From Sporopachydermia quercuum (lineage: Eukaryota): a stretch of 64,000 bases of DNA. Shown here piece after piece: positions 23,923-36,973 of the stretch. The stretch is from NCBI GenBank assembly GCA_001599295.1, contig BCGN01000005.1, positions 1,116,001 through 1,180,000 of the forward strand. The letters run 5' to 3'. The translations under genes and the position numbers were made by a program. The stretch's first letter is position 1; every line of letters begins with the position of its first letter. The notes beneath the pieces were generated by a model. It saw nothing but the letters and a program-made list of their open reading frames with translations. It was not told the origin of the DNA and did not search any database.

Positions 23923-24846
23923 AAGGAAGTCAGAACTATCATACAAACTTGATGGAGAAAAGGGATACTATCATGTAGTTATATTCTACGAGGATTATGT
24001 ATCGCGTTACTTCAGATTGACCCTCTGATGAAGTCTCATAACGGAATAGGGAAGGATTTCATGTTTATTCACCTGCATGATTATTTCNTTTTGTATAGCA
24101 CTTTTGTTTAACGTTTTATTTTGCTTATATTCCTATACTATCATTTTTATTTATGAATTCATGTATTCTACTAATGGGTTTGGATGTATTTAATGCATTT
24201 ATTGTCTTTTCTGAATGAATGGCTCAGTTCCTTGATTGTGGAATAAGGTTACAGTTGATATGCGAGGGAATGCAAAAGCTGAGACATAGTTCAAACTTTA
24301 AGTTCAGTTCAATGCTCATCTCTGAACTCTATTTTGTTAGAATTGTTGAAAGTGCTCAGGAAAAGTATGATTCTCATTCTTGTAGAAAAAAATTAAGTAG
24401 CTACAATTAATCATGTCAGTTTGACTTCTTAAATTAACATACAATTACACGGAGCTTCTTGAAACCTCAATGATTCTTCTAATTATCAAGTTCAACATCA
24501 GCTCAAATCCTCGAAATGGACAATGAGCCGAAACTCTAACTAAACCAATGCACAACCATACATCAAGACGCGTCAATACTGAAAATTTCATCGCCTCTCG
24601 GAAATCTTCTTGATCATCTGGTACCGACCTTCCAATTATCACTTGAACTCAGTGCCTGAGTCAATGACAATTGATTTTTACTTCTCTGAGTTTTATAATT
24701 GAAAGAGGAGGAAGAATGAAAAGGATATCCTAATCAGTGCATACCATAAAACATATCGTTTCTGTTATCCAACGAGACTTGTCGCCAGTCAACTAGCTCC
24801 CTACCTTCATCGCCTAACTTACATACTACAGCTATTACTTATAACA

Positions 24847-25500
24847 ATGTTTGGAGTTACTAGTATAGCATATATGAGAATATGCTTGTTATTAACTATG
24901 GGATATTTCCTCTTCAAGTCTCCCGAATATGTTTTAAATTACCCAATGTTCATACTAATCTCTGAATCTATGCAAGTACCAGTTATCATTTATGATGATA
25001 ATAGTCTAACAACTCCAGAGGTGCAGGCACTAATCGGTGTTTTAGCTTTAGTTGTTATAACTGAAGCAATTGTTGATTTTGTCTTCCTGCTTGAAAAAAA
25101 CTCAAAGGATGAAGCTGGCACTGCATTCTTTCAATTGGTTGGTCCATTAAGATTACTTGGCTCCTTTTCTTTGTGTATTTACTGCTATCTTGGAAACAAT
25201 GGCTTGTTGGCCAATCACTTAGTATTTAGCTATGCATTCGTTGAAATGTGCATGTCTTTCTTATTATTCACTACAATGAAAGATGAGGAAAGTAGGAAGT
25301 TTTTGGTGAAAGAAGAGAACAATGCAAGAGATCGTGATCAACAAAATTGGGGATTAGAAGAAAGAACTGAGGAAGAGATTTTTGGTGAACCTGATGAGAT
25401 TGATTTAGATGAAAGTGATGAGGAAAACGAGCCATCATTTGGTGAAGTTGTAGAAATAGAAACAAAACGTGCTGCTGAAGGATTACCACAAATCATATAG
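24847..25500 (+). CDS. ILM1: Ilm1-family membrane protein with acidic C-terminal tail
   Basis: SIAYMRICLLL..ILISESMQVP, FFQLVGPLRL and NHLVFSYAFVEM pattern; synteny with JHD2. Confidence 0.8.
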   Translation: MFGVTSIAYMRICLLLTMGYFLFKSPEYVLNYPMFILISESMQVPVIIYDDNSLTTPEVQALIGVLALVVITEAIVDFVFLLEKNSKDEAGTAFFQLVGPLRLLGSFSLCIYCYLGNNGLLANHLVFSYAFVEMCMSFLLFTTMKDEESRKFLVKEENNARDRDQQNWGLEERTEEEIFGEPDEIDLDESDEENEPSFGEVVEIETKRAAEGLPQII

Positions 25501-25825
25501 TGTATGAATTCTTGGTTAAGTTAATAAAGCTATTGGGATTGGTTGAACCAGGAAAAGTTAAGTTCAAAAAAATGAAGTAGATGTTATATCAATATTAAAA
25601 TTTAGGTTTTATTCCTAGTTTAGCTAGTAAATAAACGATAAACAATGTTAATCCTACTGAGACAGTACTTCATACATTATGTGTGGCTATTCAGAATATG
25701 ATATGACATTAGCATGAAATCATTATTTGATATTTTAACTAAGTATTTCTATTTTTATTCTNTTTTCCTTTAAGTATACCCATCTATCGTACTATGCTAG
25801 CTATTACATCTACCACCATATGTAG

Positions 25826-26902
25826 TCAATATCCCAATTTAAACCAGTTGGATTGATGAATTGCTTTACTCAAATTCTTATAAAACTCCATTTCTTCAAA
25901 ACAGTTACGTCCCCATTGACAGCCTGCCATATTGACCAAAAAATCACGATCATCTTTATCGTAGAAAAACGATTTATCTGAAGCTTTCTCTGCACATGCA
26001 CCTTCAGGAAATGAATTGATCTTTCTTGATGGTAGAAATGCCGTTCTAGATCTTACCCAGCCTTGATTTGAATACAATTCAGTCAAGGCGTCTTGTTCTT
26101 TATGTTCCCATTGCATATGCTTTTGTTCATAGAAAACAGGATCCCACCAGGCATCTAATAATCTTTCTGACCAATCAGTTCTTCTCATTAGAAATGATCC
26201 TAAATTAAACCCATTGCAATCCTGAGTTAAAATTAGATCAACAGGCTGTGAGTAATCAGTATAAGGAATATCAACTTCTAGTTTCAACGGATTTATCTTA
26301 TTTAATCTTCTATAACTTTCCTTATCAAGTTTACCAAGGAAATGTTCTTCCAGAGAAATTTGAGGCTCCATAATTAATGTTCTAAGATCAAGCCACCAGA
26401 ACCATTCAGCATCAGGATATTGTCTCATTGTTTCTCTGATTATATCAACTCTTTCCCATGATTCCCTCCATTCGTGTGAATATCGCTTCCGAGTTGTTAA
26501 ATCTCTTACTGCTAATTCGTATCCATGACGTTTTGCGTATGCCTTTTTATTAGCAATGCTACTTCTTTCAATAGACCAATCTTCCGGTCCTTTCCATTTC
26601 ATCACACCACCATCCTCATTTGCTGCAAGTATTATCACCACTTTCCCACTTTTTATATTACTATGATCATCAGCACTATGTAGCCCAATACCAAATCTGT
26701 CTGTGAATAACGTATTGGCTTTTTTTGATATTCTAGTACTTCTTTTAAAGTTGTAATCAGATATTTTATCCTGGTTGTTGGAGGCCCCTGTGATATTAGT
26801 TATTGTGAATAGTAAGATAAGGATTATCCCAAGTGCTATTAGAATCAAACGGTTCAACCTCCATTTGTTGTTTAACTTGTGAAGTATTAGATTGCTATTC
26901 AT
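25826..26902 (-). CDS. MNN10: Golgi alpha-1,6-mannosyltransferase subunit (GT34)
   Basis: Type II TM anchor; VIILAANEDGGVMKWK, KRYSHEWRESW, AEWFWWLD, YEQKHMQWEHKEQDAL. Confidence 0.93.
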   Translation of the reverse strand: MNSNLILHKLNNKWRLNRLILIALGIILILLFTITNITGASNNQDKISDYNFKRSTRISKKANTLFTDRFGIGLHSADDHSNIKSGKVVIILAANEDGGVMKWKGPEDWSIERSSIANKKAYAKRHGYELAVRDLTTRKRYSHEWRESWERVDIIRETMRQYPDAEWFWWLDLRTLIMEPQISLEEHFLGKLDKESYRRLNKINPLKLEVDIPYTDYSQPVDLILTQDCNGFNLGSFLMRRTDWSERLLDAWWDPVFYEQKHMQWEHKEQDALTELYSNQGWVRSRTAFLPSRKINSFPEGACAEKASDKSFFYDKDDRDFLVNMAGCQWGRNCFEEMEFYKNLSKAIHQSNWFKLGY

Positions 26903-29553
26903 TTCTTTTTTATCGTTTCTGACTTATTTCTTTTCTACCGAGCCCATGATCTCTTCAATTGTCGTCTTCTTCAACAGGTTACATGAATAGGTCTTCTCTT
27001 CAATACTATTTAAAGATCCGTACTACACTACCAGTTGTGATCCCCTGAAATCGTCGTTCAAACGATGCTGTTTGATTTATGAGGTTCCCAATTCTCTAAT
27101 CTCTCCTTTTTTGTAGCAATGCTCAAAAACGAAAACTTATGTAAACAGCTTTTGATATGAATGTAAAATTGAATGTGCTGGGTGGAATCAAGTGCAAGCA
27201 GAGATTCATTTCCTTTCAAAAGTACAGGTTGTTAGAACTTAAGGTTTCCTCCATATAAGGAGAATTTCAGGTAGTAGGTAGATAAATATCGCGGTAGCAG
27301 GAAGCTTCGGGGTAACATTGAATTATATGTGGAAAGTGAGATGGAAGAGAGAGAAGAAAGATTTCAGAAGATTTGTGCAGTTTTGTACTTGGATGATTGT
27401 TGTAATATATAAACATTCTCCTAGGAAACTGAATAGGTTTCGTTGATACTCCTGAATATCTGTGAATATTAAGCAGAGTGCTGGAAGTAAGTTTAAGGTA
27501 TTAAAATTGAAGTTGGATATAGCTTCAAATAATGGCATTAAAGTTTAATTGTAGTAAATCCGTATTGGGGAAATGAAATTTTAAGTATGTATACCTTGAT
27601 TTAATATAGTTAGGGAGTCATTGATCATCATTATGATTGATATTACTACCATCAAGAATAGAAGCGTGAGGTATTCGTTGAGTTTCATTATTATTAGAAT
27701 TTAGATCAATTATTAGAACAAGTTTTCCTATGACAAATGGACTGGCTCCAAGAAAATCCTCGTTCAATTTAGAAAAAAAAAAAAGAGAAAAGAGAAAATA
27801 ATGATATAAATAAGGTTCGTACTTTTAGATTGAGGATTCAAGATAAAAGTTAATCTCAAAGTGAAGTGGCTTAACCAACTTTAATATATATCAGTTTCCT
27901 ATCTTTCTTTGAATCCTTTCCTGTTCATCAAAATGGAAGGAAGAGTTTGCCCAGAATTTCATTCAAAATTTCATTCAAACGCGTACAACAAGTGGATAGT
28001 GCCATACGAAATGCGTGTACTTCTGAATTCATTAATCCTATCTTACACCGTTATTGTAAGCATTTCAGTAGAGTAGAGCACATTAAATTTGTAACATTAG
28101 CCCCAATAGAAGTGAGTAATTCTAGTGAATTGGATTTGAAAAGGTGAAACTATATCATTGGAATCTTGGATGATTGGATTTAAAATCTGAGAAGGTCGGA
28201 AAGTCTTTGAAGAAAAAGAAAAAGAATTAATAAGGATATTGAGATGCAGGGCAGGAAAGTTGAGAATGGGAAATGAAGACAATTGAATTACAGATCAAAT
28301 AATAATGAGCTAAGTTTCTTTCACTTCGCCTATTGTGCATACATACTTGCATGTATCAAATATCTATTACGTACTAACGCTCCATTGATTGGAGCGTCAA
28401 TAATAATATTAAATATATAAGGGAGTAAAATGGCAGTCAAAATGTAATTGAAACTTGTTTCCAATTGAAAAAAAAGTTTCGTGGTGGTTTTGAAGAATTA
28501 TTCAGATTCAATTATACACATTGGCATCCTTTAATTTTCCAAAAAGGTGTATACTGAGTTGGTTACTATGTTGATCCAATCTTTTTTTTAGCGAAAGACG
28601 TTAGTAGCTGATTAGTTGTTACTTTAACTTTATTGAAACCTATGGTACACTTAGACAGATTTTCTATTTAAGTTACGTAGAGATTTTTCGGAATTTCACA
28701 AGCCATTCGTCGAATACCTGGTTTCAGCATGTTGTAGCGATTTTGATTCTGCCGTTTGACTCAGCTTTAGGATAAGACGGTCAAATCAGTCAGATTCAAA
28801 CTATCAAATGAAAGACTCTTTTGATAAGTCTCTTTTTTTCTCAACGGTAAGCAGAATTATAATCAATTACCATTTGATATATACCTGAGTGTAGATGAAC
28901 GATTTTACAATTTTTTTACATGGTTGCTTTTCTCTGGGAAATAAGCTGTTTTATTTAGTAATATCGTCCGTCACCTCTTAAATCTTAAACATATACTAGT
29001 CAAAATTATCTTTTATTTTTGGCAATTAGAGAGATTAATTTCTCATTCATCTTGGGAGGTAGTTGGGAGGGAGGTAATTGGTAAAAAGATAATGACTGAT
29101 TTTAGAGTCATATGTTCGTGATTAATACTATGTTCCTATTCTGGTAAGAAGTTTAATCATCAATGTACCTATGTGGAACTAGTGGAAAGCTAATGCCCAA
29201 AGAATCGAAAGGCTTGAATCTAGGACTATCTGGCCAAACCTCAAAGCTTATGTCAATATAATCTTCCTACTAATAAATAAAAGAGCCGCCGAGAAAGGTT
29301 CAGAAACAACTACAAATAGGAGAAGAAAAANTATCACAGGTCACATTTTTATATCACAGTACGAATCATTAGAATAACATTGTATTACTTTATCGCTTAT
29401 TAATTCTTATAATAGACTTAAGGATGATTCTCATTATCAGAGAAAACTATTCTACAAACCATATACAATCCCTCTCTCTATACATCTTTCTCTATCTCTT
29501 TTTTCTTTATAGTAGCTCAATGACGTGCCCCTTCGTAACATTTGCACTGAAAA

Positions 29554-31796
29554 CTACAATCTGCTCACCTTATATCTAACATAATCTTCTACTTCTCTCA
29601 TTTCCAAAAACTTTGCTTTTTCTTCATTTCCAACCTCATTNACATAGAATAAAACATCAGTATAAAGAACAGATGTAACCTCAACCATAAAACCAACTTT
29701 CTGTCCTGGTTGCTTCTCAATTGTTAATTCTATTATAGAACTAGGTGGAACTAGTATTTTTCTAAAAGGATCAGTCACCCCCATCAATTCTTTATCTCTT
29801 GATTTCACTTCTTTATCATCAGGAACACTGATTACTTTCACAGCATTATTACCTCCTATTGTTCCCATCACCATACCTGCTAGATTAATCTGCGAAGGAC
29901 TAGCTGATACTAACCCCGGCAAATTCACAGTACTAGTTGCTTGGGTCAACGGGGTATTTGTTTGAACGGTTGATGCAATATCAGAAACACCTTCATCTTC
30001 AATGCCTGCTAGATTCAAGTTATGATACCGCCTAGTTGTAAGCTCAACTTGCCTATCGTCAAAGCCCAAATATACAACAAGGGCTTTCAAACATTCTGTC
30101 ATTTTACTAAGTATTAAACTATGTTTAGCATGTCCGATAAGGGGCTTCAATATAGGATAAATCCTATGATTAGACTTATTAGAATATTCGTTCTGTAAAC
30201 TAGTTCCTGTTGCTGGTTTAACATTTGAACTACTACCTGATCCTGAGCCAGAAATCCCATTATCATCAGTGTTGCGATCCAAGCTTTTAGATGACACTGG
30301 TTCATAAGAATCAGATCTCATCATTAGATTTCTTCTATGGGCATGACAGAGCATTAATCTTAAAAACGATGATACAAATTCTGCCTTAAGAACATAGTCC
30401 TTGCTATTACTACCAATCCCAATCCCAGCATTTGTAGTAGCTGATCTCCATGCTGTTCCATCATCAAAGAAATCTGAAGCCTCAATGAATTCAATACGGC
30501 ATACTTCATCAAGCAAATCAACGATAATACTATCACCTTCTACACGAACATTTCGTGATAATAACGATCGCGCTTCCCTTACAAGCTCATGAAACAATTC
30601 TTCTTCAAATAAGTAAAACCTTGCTTTTCGTATCTCGTCTTCAACATTCGACCCATCTGTTAACCAAGGCTTATTTGCTTCAAAACTAACCAATGCCAAT
30701 TCTCCATTAATTCTTCTATAAATTCGAACTCTCACAATCTTTTCTGGCTTTTCTGATCTACCAGAAATACGTACATCTCCTGTTGGTGTTCTACTCAAAG
30801 TCCGTATCCCTTTATCGTAAAAGATACTTCCTGCATCATGATATCCATATTTAACGCCAATTCCTGATCCACCAGCACCCGATCGTTTGAACAGAACTTC
30901 TCTTCCCCGAGCAATTGACCAAATGTTGTCCCAGTATAGTTGTTCTTGGTTCACCTCGTCTTCTAGCCTTGTGGCAGCTTTGGATAATTGTTGAGATACA
31001 GATTTTAACGATTGAAGTTTCCATCCCAAACCAATTTTTGGATCATCAGTTGCAGATCTTGCCGTTGTTTCGTTATTGTCCCTTTCAGAGGTAACTGTTA
31101 TAACGTTCAATGATGCGATTGGCGTATGTTCTTTTAAGTGCGGTGACATAGTAACAGATCCCTGGGCTGGTCTCAGAGTTGTAGTTAATAAGGATACTAA
31201 ATCCAATAGTAAAGTTGCTTCATTCTGAGCAATTCTATCATACAAAACGAGAAGTTAATAGCCAAATCAAGAAAAAATAGCCACTTGCTAAACAATCAAA
31301 TTACTACGTACTGGATATTTGTTAGCATCTCCTGTCTATTGTTATTAAACTCTTGCAATCTTTCACTTAGCTTTGTATCTTCTGCAGATGAATCGTCCCC
31401 GTTTTCATTATTCACGCTATTAGTCTCATTTTGCAGTAGAATTTCCTCCTCAATTGACTCTTCTGTTACATTTGTAAATGATCCTCTTTCAGTCGTAATC
31501 CTAGAAATTAGTTTGTCAATTGGCAGATCTGACCTATTGATGATTTGTAGTTAGCAATTAGTACGGAAATAATGCGATTGCTATAATGTAAGTAACAAAA
31601 ATAGAAAACCTCCACAACGAACAAATCCTATCAGAATTTGCTATACAGTGGTAACAGAGATTGCTGGCTTTCATATAATATTCAATTATATTCAATCGTT
31701 CACATACACATTCTCCAAGTACGGGTCAAAATGACCCTGTCGATGAAGCGCTGAGGTGAGATCAGCAGTTAGAAACAAATGAGCATCTTCATTCAT
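29554..31796 (-). CDS. SRB4: Mediator head subunit Med17; 3 exons: 31796-31708, 31533-31312, 31234-29554
   Basis: Introns 31707-31534 (GTATGT..TGCTAAC..TAG) and 31311-31235 (GTACGT..TATTAAC..TAG) join in frame: MNEDAH...FDPYLENVSDLPIDKLISRITTERGSFTNVTEESIEEEI...NIQIAQNEATLLLDLVSLL. Also GWKLQSL, GVKYGYHDAGS and LFEEELFHELVREAR. Confidence 0.92.
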
Positions 31797-32423
31797 TTTA
31801 AGACAACTAGAATGCGCAGTTTTACTATTTTTATTCTGTTGAATAGCTGACTTGAATGATCGGTCATTATTCGGGTACCTTAGAAAGGAGGATAAGATAG
31901 TTGTACAAGTGAGAATTATACATGGTAGATGATGGAGGTTGTAGTATGAGTTTATGAAAATGCAAGGTAAATGTAAAAGCAATGCATCAATATGCAAATG
32001 TTTTCTTAGGTTTGAATCTTATCTTAGATTGCAGGATATTGCAGNATATTGCAGGAGACTGCATATAATGTTAGGTTATAAATAAGTTAATTTTCATGCT
32101 AGAGAAAGGAAAGAAGGAAGCTACGGGAGATTCAAACCTTTACATTTATTCTACCGTTAAATCATAAAACAGCAAGATATTAGAGAAAATACAGGTGTTC
32201 TTTAATTAGGCATATCGAACAATCAATACATCATCCCTCAAAGCGTAAATTATTCAAGTTCAGCTTCGTCATAACCTAACCAATCAATAACAACCAAAAA
32301 TACGCATCATACACATCTAAACATAAATTGCAGCCGTAACCATCTATTAAAGTACATATATTTGAATCAGTACGTACTCCCTTTCCACCTGAAAATAACC
32401 ATTCTACTTCTACTTATCCTAGT

Positions 32424-34520
32424 TCAACAGACATTAGCACTAGAACTCCAAGGATCAATACCTAGAATCATTCCAAATTTCGTGCTTCCACATGAAAAAC
32501 TATCCATCAAGAAACCTGCTTCTTCTAACCAATGAATCAAAGATTTTGTACTTTTCTTATAACCAGGATCTGTTAGTTTAGGAACAATGAAATAAATTGC
32601 TTTGCTACCTGATAATCCTTCTTGCCTGAAGCTCTCAATATAATCTCTAGCAGTATCAGTAATATCAGCAAACTCAAACCCAGTTAAATCAACCATATAA
32701 TCAGCATTTGGTTTTCCTTCAATCCATAGTTTATATAACGCATTATTAGCTTCTTTCATGCAATCCCAGAACCTGTCTTCGTATTCTGACGATTTCACTG
32801 ATAGGTTCTTTGCAGCTGCTCCATTATTCTTAGTATATTCTAACGTTGACTTCTGGGCAAATTTGATTCTATTGAATTCGTTATTTATAGCTTTAGACTT
32901 GAATTTAATGTATTCTTGTTCCAGTATTGATTTATCGTTATTCAGCCACGGAACATGTTGTGGTTTAGGGATGAAAGACAGTGCTGCTGTGGAGTTGAAA
33001 CTAGGGGTTGCGTTGGTAGGAACAAAAGTATGCGATTTGCTGAAGTCAAATTTATATTTTGAAGGTGTTGTTGATAAGCCAGAACCTGCTGATGCAGCTG
33101 CTGTGGAACTACTGCTTGAACCATATGACCCTAAAGTAGCATTGGAAGTATTTGATGATATCTTAATAGCTTCGACGTCATTTCGTAATCCATCCACGGA
33201 ATAAGAATGAGTGCTATTGCTTCCGGTCTCCCATAGTCCTGTTGAGTTTGGAGATGCAATTACACCATTTCCGTTATCCATAGTGCAACTGTTGACTTTA
33301 ACAGTATTATTAGTGCTGTTGCTACTATCACTACTGACATTACTACTATTCGCACTATTATTTTCTCCGCTTCCTTTGTTTCCTTCATTAAGAGTCAGCA
33401 GTTCCCATACATCAGGAGATATTTCGTGATTGAACACACATGCATCTCCTGCTACACATTTACCAGCCAGCCAGTAGCGACAAACTCTTCCAGTCATATC
33501 ATGTGAAAATTTACAATCAGCTCGAACACAGGATCCATTGCGTAAATAGTAGGAACATAGCTTAGGTAGTGTTTTCTGTTCATTCGGTTTACTACTTTCT
33601 GTTGATATTCCATCGGCATGGGAATTACCAGATATTTTCCCCTTGGATATCAAATTGCGTACAGCTGTTTTCAAATCATAGCCATTGACATTTAATGCCT
33701 GGTTGAACTCTTCAGTTGGGATTCCATATCTGGCCAGTAGTATTTCCTTTAGGTGATCAAACGGTGCTTTTGGTTTGATTTCTATCACCACTGACACTGG
33801 CACAGAGCCCGCTGCTTGCGCTACTTGTGGTTCAGGAGCTGGCGTTCCAGAGTTGCTGTTCGTCTGCGTCATTCGCTGCTCCTGTCTCAAGGCATATTCT
33901 TTGGCTCTCTCTTGTTTAGCGATCTCCTTGAGTCTTTCCTCGTTTATCAGTTGCTTCGTCTTCTCGGTATACAGAGCCCGAGTATCAGCATCAGGAATAG
34001 CTACCGAGCCTATAATTTTTGATTCTTTTTTTACGATGCGTGCTGTGGGTGATACATTGCGTTTCCTTCGAGAACTGTGACTGCTAGTGGAACCAAACCC
34101 GAACGGATATCTTGGATTGACATAGTTATCAAAGGTAGAATCTGTACTGTTGTTATCACCTAAGGAAGACGTTGATGATACTGTATTCCAGTCAAATCTT
34201 GAATGGTCATGTGCATTGTTCTCGTTGATAGTTAATCCAGTGAAAGATGAGTTATTGGTACCAGGTGTATTATCATTGTTGCTGCCGCCGCCAATAGTAT
34301 CCGTGGGAAGAGCAGGAGAAGCTAGGACAACTGCGTCTAATTCGTTTTCATGATGCTGCCATAACAAATCCAGGATTGTTTTCTCCTTCTTTTTCTGATC
34401 AGTTATACCAACTTCGGAAGTTAGTAGTTCATCTATCTGGTCAATCTTGTCTTCCTCGATCACGTGGTTCTGACTAAGGATTTGATGACATTTCACTAAG
34501 ATGTCTGGTGGCAGTTTCAT
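32424..34520 (-). CDS. Tandem CCCH zinc-finger protein with UBA/CUE-like segment and C-terminal DUF1771/Smr-like domain
   Basis: CSYYLRNGSCVRADCKFSH and CRYWLAGKCVAGDACVFNH; helical segment KFAQKSTLEYTKNNGAAAKNLS followed by YMVDLTG...IYFIV. Confidence 0.75.
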   Translation of the reverse strand: MKLPPDILVKCHQILSQNHVIEEDKIDQIDELLTSEVGITDQKKKEKTILDLLWQHHENELDAVVLASPALPTDTIGGGSNNDNTPGTNNSSFTGLTINENNAHDHSRFDWNTVSSTSSLGDNNSTDSTFDNYVNPRYPFGFGSTSSHSSRRKRNVSPTARIVKKESKIIGSVAIPDADTRALYTEKTKQLINEERLKEIAKQERAKEYALRQEQRMTQTNSNSGTPAPEPQVAQAAGSVPVSVVIEIKPKAPFDHLKEILLARYGIPTEEFNQALNVNGYDLKTAVRNLISKGKISGNSHADGISTESSKPNEQKTLPKLCSYYLRNGSCVRADCKFSHDMTGRVCRYWLAGKCVAGDACVFNHEISPDVWELLTLNEGNKGSGENNSANSSNVSSDSSNSTNNTVKVNSCTMDNGNGVIASPNSTGLWETGSNSTHSYSVDGLRNDVEAIKISSNTSNATLGSYGSSSSSTAAASAGSGLSTTPSKYKFDFSKSHTFVPTNATPSFNSTAALSFIPKPQHVPWLNNDKSILEQEYIKFKSKAINNEFNRIKFAQKSTLEYTKNNGAAAKNLSVKSSEYEDRFWDCMKEANNALYKLWIEGKPNADYMVDLTGFEFADITDTARDYIESFRQEGLSGSKAIYFIVPKLTDPGYKKSTKSLIHWLEEAGFLMDSFSCGSTKFGMILGIDPWSSSANVC

Positions 34521-36007
34521 TTTCTTGTCGAGGCAAAACGTATATTTATATGAATGTTGATAGAAAAGTTATGCTTTTGAGAGTTTCTGGATAGTAATCT
34601 GATATATTGAAACCATTTGCAATTGTAGATATCACCTAGGTGACTAGTTATCAGTGATTGCCTTTCTGTATGTCTGTTGCTGAAAGCGAACTGAATATTT
34701 ACTTTCAAAGTCTCGTCGTTTTCAATAGATGCAGTACTAGTAAAACGATCCTTCAGCAAGTATAAACTATCTTTCAAACCAGTGGAAAATTGATCTTTTC
34801 ATTTTTCACTCTGTTGTTAGTTTTCTGCCTTAGTGCAATATGATAAGTCTCTTGATGTAATGGTGAGTGTTGGTTGCAGCTTACAAGGTAGAACGTCAAT
34901 TTAGAAAGGGACACGGGCTACCAGTTGTGAATATCAGTGCAAATCTATGGAGTCCATTAGAAGTTTAAGCCTTAAATGTTATAGTCTAATGAATAGCTAT
35001 TCATCGATTGTCAACTGTAGAATCATGTTGTGGTTTATGAGGTGAAACATGAAGAAGATCGGGGAGATGCATAGATAAAGGCTTTGCATGAAAGTTATAG
35101 GGCATATATGCAGAATGTACGCAGGTATCTAAAGCTTAACTTAGTGCCCAATTTGGATAGTTGATAGTTGTACATCCAAACATCCGACTTTGTACCAAGG
35201 TGAATTGCAAGGTGAATTGGAGTTTGGAAGAATAAATGCCGTAATCCTAATGTATTTAGTCTCTAGGAGATAACTATCATGAGTGCGATAACGCCAAAAA
35301 GTAGACTAATAACAGAGATATAACGGCCCCCCACCCCAAATAACNAAAGCTGGAAAAATAACTTCTAGCATTCTCAAAATCCCATGAAATAATACTCTCT
35401 AAATATCTCTTATGCCTAGAACGATACCAACCTTGGGTAGTCGTGTATTTTGAGTTACATAATCATTTAATTAGCTACACCCATTGCCCAGTTTTACTAC
35501 CAANATTTTTTTACTTTATCACCCAGCTTTTTCTCCTCAGACGAAAGCCAAATAAATAAACTGGGACATCTACATTACTTACTCCGGACAACAACAACTA
35601 AGTGGCATGTGTAATAATATGACCACAATACAACTTATAAGTTGATGCTTTGCATACTAAGTGAGCTATATTCTTTGCTGTGCTATATCAATAACAGTGG
35701 TATCTCACCAGCTTGTTTCCGCTCCTTATTCTTTGTTTTGACTCACCATCTTTAGACCCTCATATTTTTGTAACAGGTTTACACAATCACACGGGGGTGT
35801 TTGGGTGTCTAATAACGCAGGGAAAACTTCATATCACATCTTCTGACAACCCCCCATCCCTATTTAATTGTACGCATGTGAGAATTGAAAATTTTCGCAC
35901 GTGACAACTATCGGATCCTCAGGTTTCTCTTTATTGCAGCATTAAACAGCTATAAAGCTACTTATTTAAACTTTTCATTAAGTGCTATCTAAGTCTATGA
36001 ATTCACA

Positions 36008-36940
36008 ATGGCTTCTAATGGGGTATCTACTACCAACAACCAGGAAGGGTTTCACAACTCGAACAACAATAGCTCCAGTATCAGTCCTTTAAGTATGGAT
36101 AGGGTACGTCTAGAAGCAATCGAGAGAAGGAAACAACAATGCAGCGATATCGTTGAAAGCAGGAAACGTAAACTTTCCGAGTTGTACTATATCTCCAGAT
36201 CTCCAAGCGTTCCTTTGACGAAGAATGATCTCAATATCCACGAGGAGAAACTATTGGCGTTTCTAGAGAAAAACGATATCCAGAACGGACACTTATTTTC
36301 GGACGCGTCGTTACCATTACCAGAAACAACACCAACAGGGTCAAATGTGCTGCACAATGCAAGTACTACCCCATCACACACTCCTGGCATGGGCGTCCCA
36401 GGACTCTCTCTGTCTAGTGTTTCTTCGTCTTCCAGCTCCAGCTCTGGCTCAATAGTACGAAGGTCCAGCTCTCCGTTGACTGCAGAAAGGCTAAAGGCCA
36501 TGCCGCCAGCCCCGGAAGTTGATTTGAGTCTCAAGCTGCCAAATCGTCATCTCTCTGTCAAGAAGGAAAACGATTCAACCAAACGACTGAAAATGGAGAG
36601 CGCTGCTAAGAGTACGCCTACTACGCCTTTGAAATCATCAACTTCCTTATCACAAGAGACTATCCGGGTCGAATCTACAAGGAGCAGATCTGCCCCTGCA
36701 AGTAATAACTCCTCTAGAGCATCTACTCCTTCTACTGTTGGTGTTGATGACGCAGCAAGAGGTAAACCATCTGTTTCTGGGGGTGATGAATCATCCATTA
36801 ATACTGTTAGTAGCAAGGATAAAGACAATGGTATTACTGATGACAACCAAAGCAAACTACAGGCACAACCGCAGTCGCAACCTCTACAGCAACAACAGCA
36901 GCAAACGGCTCAAGCTAAAGTCCAAGTCCAAGCCCAAGCT

Positions 36941-36973
<33 letters not shown>

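Noticed and set aside
32008..32140. B-box/T-loop-like GGTTTGAATC strings (also GGTTCAAGT near 62325)
   Set aside because: No cloverleaf or A-box, so not tRNA genes.
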